Positions 25,701-27,119 of a stretch of DNA of 27,119 bases are shown piece by piece. The first letter of the stretch is position 1. Every line of letters begins with the position of its first letter. Below the pieces are notes generated by a model. That model was not told the DNA's origin. It worked only from the letters and a program-made list of their open reading frames with translations, and made no database searches. A program made the translations under genes and the position numbers. This stretch comes from Candidatus Eiseniibacteriota bacterium (GTDB lineage Bacteria > Eisenbacteria > RBG-16-71-46 > DASYSL01), in NCBI GenBank assembly GCA_031431875.1, contig JANPEF010000145.1, positions 1-27,119 of the forward strand. Direction: 5' to 3'.

Positions 25701-26969
25701 TCAGGCGTATACCCCACGCAGCTTGACCACCTCGATGACGCGGCGAATGGCCAGCATGAACGCCGCGACGCGCATCGACACCTTCGACTCGAGCGAGACC
25801 TCGAGGACGTCGTGGAACGCCTTGACCATGTACTGCTCGAGGCGTTCGTTGACTTCCTTCTCGGTCCAGTAGAAGCCCATGTTGTTCTGCACCCACTCGA
25901 AGTACGACACGGTCACGCCGCCCGAGTTGGCGAGGATGTCCGGGATGACGAACTTCCCGTAGACGTCGAGGATCGCGTCGGCCTCGTGCATGGTGGGGCC
26001 GTTGGCGCCCTCGGCGATGATCTTCGCCTTGACCTTGCTCGCGTTCTCGACCGTGATCTGGTTCTCGAGCGCGGCGGGGATCAGGATGTCGCAGTCGTAC
26101 TCGATGATCGACGACATCAGCGGCTGGGAGCCGGGGAAGCCGACGACGGAGCCCGACTTCTTCACGTGCTCCAGCAGCGCCGGCATGTCGAAGCCCTGCG
26201 GGTTGTGGATCGCGCCCTTGACGTCGGCGACGGCCACGATCCTGGCACCATCCTGGGCGATCAGCTCGGCGCCGATCGAGCCCACGTTGCCGAAGCCCTG
26301 GACCGCGACGCGGCAGGTCGTGAGGTCCATCTTCAGGTGCTTGACCGCCTCGCGGACGCAGAACTGGATGCCGCGCCCGGTCGCCTCGCGCCGGCCGCGC
26401 GAGCCGCCGAGGCGGACCGGCTTGCCGGTGATCACGCCCGGGACCGTGCGCTTGGCGTGCATGGAGTAGGTGTCCATGAACCACGCCATGGTCTGCTCGT
26501 TGGTGTTCACGTCGGGGGCGGGAACGTCGGAGTCGGGGCCGAACAGGTCGGACAGGTCGGCCGCGTAGCGGCGGGTGAGCCGCTCGAGCTCACCCTTCGA
26601 CATCTTGCTCGGGTCGCAGGTGATGCCACCCTTGCCGCCGCCGAAGGGGATGTTGACCACGGCGCACTTCCAGGTCATCCAGGCGGCGAGGGCCTGCACC
26701 TCGTCGAGCGAGACGTCCGGATGGTAGCGGATGCCGCCCTTGGCCGGACCGCGCACGATCGAGTGCTGCACGCGATAGCCGGTGAAGATGCGGAACGTGC
26801 CATCGTCCATCTGGATCGGCAGCGACACGATCGTCGAGCGACGGGGTTGCTTGATGATTTCGATCAGCCCCGGGTCGATGGCGAGGCGCTTGGCGGCCTC
26901 GTCGAATTGCGCACGAGCATTCTCGAGCGGGTTCAGCTCCTTCTGGATATCCGCACCTTCGGCAGGCAT
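25701..26969 (-). CDS. gdhA: Glu/Leu/Phe/Val dehydrogenase (glutamate dehydrogenase)
   Basis: GYRVQHS, GPAKGGIRYHP, MTWKCA, PFGGGKGG, DVPAPDVNT, ATGRG, VQGFGNVG, IAEGANGP, PDILANSGGVTVSYFEW. Confidence 0.97.
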   Translation of the reverse strand: MPAEGADIQKELNPLENARAQFDEAAKRLAIDPGLIEIIKQPRRSTIVSLPIQMDDGTFRIFTGYRVQHSIVRGPAKGGIRYHPDVSLDEVQALAAWMTWKCAVVNIPFGGGKGGITCDPSKMSKGELERLTRRYAADLSDLFGPDSDVPAPDVNTNEQTMAWFMDTYSMHAKRTVPGVITGKPVRLGGSRGRREATGRGIQFCVREAVKHLKMDLTTCRVAVQGFGNVGSIGAELIAQDGARIVAVADVKGAIHNPQGFDMPALLEHVKKSGSVVGFPGSQPLMSSIIEYDCDILIPAALENQITVENASKVKAKIIAEGANGPTMHEADAILDVYGKFVIPDILANSGGVTVSYFEWVQNNMGFYWTEKEVNERLEQYMVKAFHDVLEVSLESKVSMRVAAFMLAIRRVIEVVKLRGVYA

Positions 26970-27047
26970 CTGGTTCTCCGGAGTTGGAGGGATGGGGAAA
27001 ATCGGTCGGGGCGCGGGCGAGCCGGTCGGCGGCCCCGAGGCGGCGGC

Positions 27048-27077
27048 AGCTTAGCAGGGGGTGGGGGCGGGCGGCAA
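27048..27077 (-). promoter_or_regulatory. sigma70-type promoter of gdhA
   Basis: TTGCCG (27077-27072), 18 nt, extended -10 TGC-TAAGCT (27053-27048). Confidence 0.6.
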
Positions 27078-27119
27078 CCTACTGGAGATACGTTGCCTTG
27101 AGGCGGCCCGGGGTCGTGA

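Noticed and set aside
18269..27101. Long ORFs 18269-20530 (-), 22714-25554 (-) and 24609-27101 (+)
   Set aside because: Antisense or off-frame shadows of the TBDT, cargo, porV and gdhA genes, which carry clear family motifs

Overview
High-GC bacterial chromosomal window with no mobile elements, rRNA, tRNA or CRISPR. The gene content (PorV/PorQ-family barrel, T9SS/FlgD-Ig-like C-terminal domains, GWxTD protein, C-terminal TWGRLK motif) suggests an FCB-related candidate phylum such as Eisenbacteria, Krumholzibacteriota or Latescibacterota (inference). From left to right: ileS (truncated by the window edge, not in the ORF track) with an Ile T-box riboswitch; a sigma54-type minor pilin operon fimT-pilV-pilW-pilX whose PilW is fused to SdrD-B-like and FG-GAP domains; an operon of an M23 peptidase and two tandem XRE-cupin regulators; an M6 metalloprotease and a beta-helix protein; a GWxTD protein and an SH3-NlpC/P60 peptidase; a PopA-like outer-membrane barrel behind a candidate terminator/antiterminator leader; a TonB-dependent receptor / T9SS cargo / PorV triad; and convergent gdhA. 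The most novel candidates are the RNA switch before the porin, the pilin-adhesin fusion, the TBDT-cargo-PorV module, the TWGxxK tail and the U-tract-less T-box. All domain calls are by eye from motifs, not from database searches.
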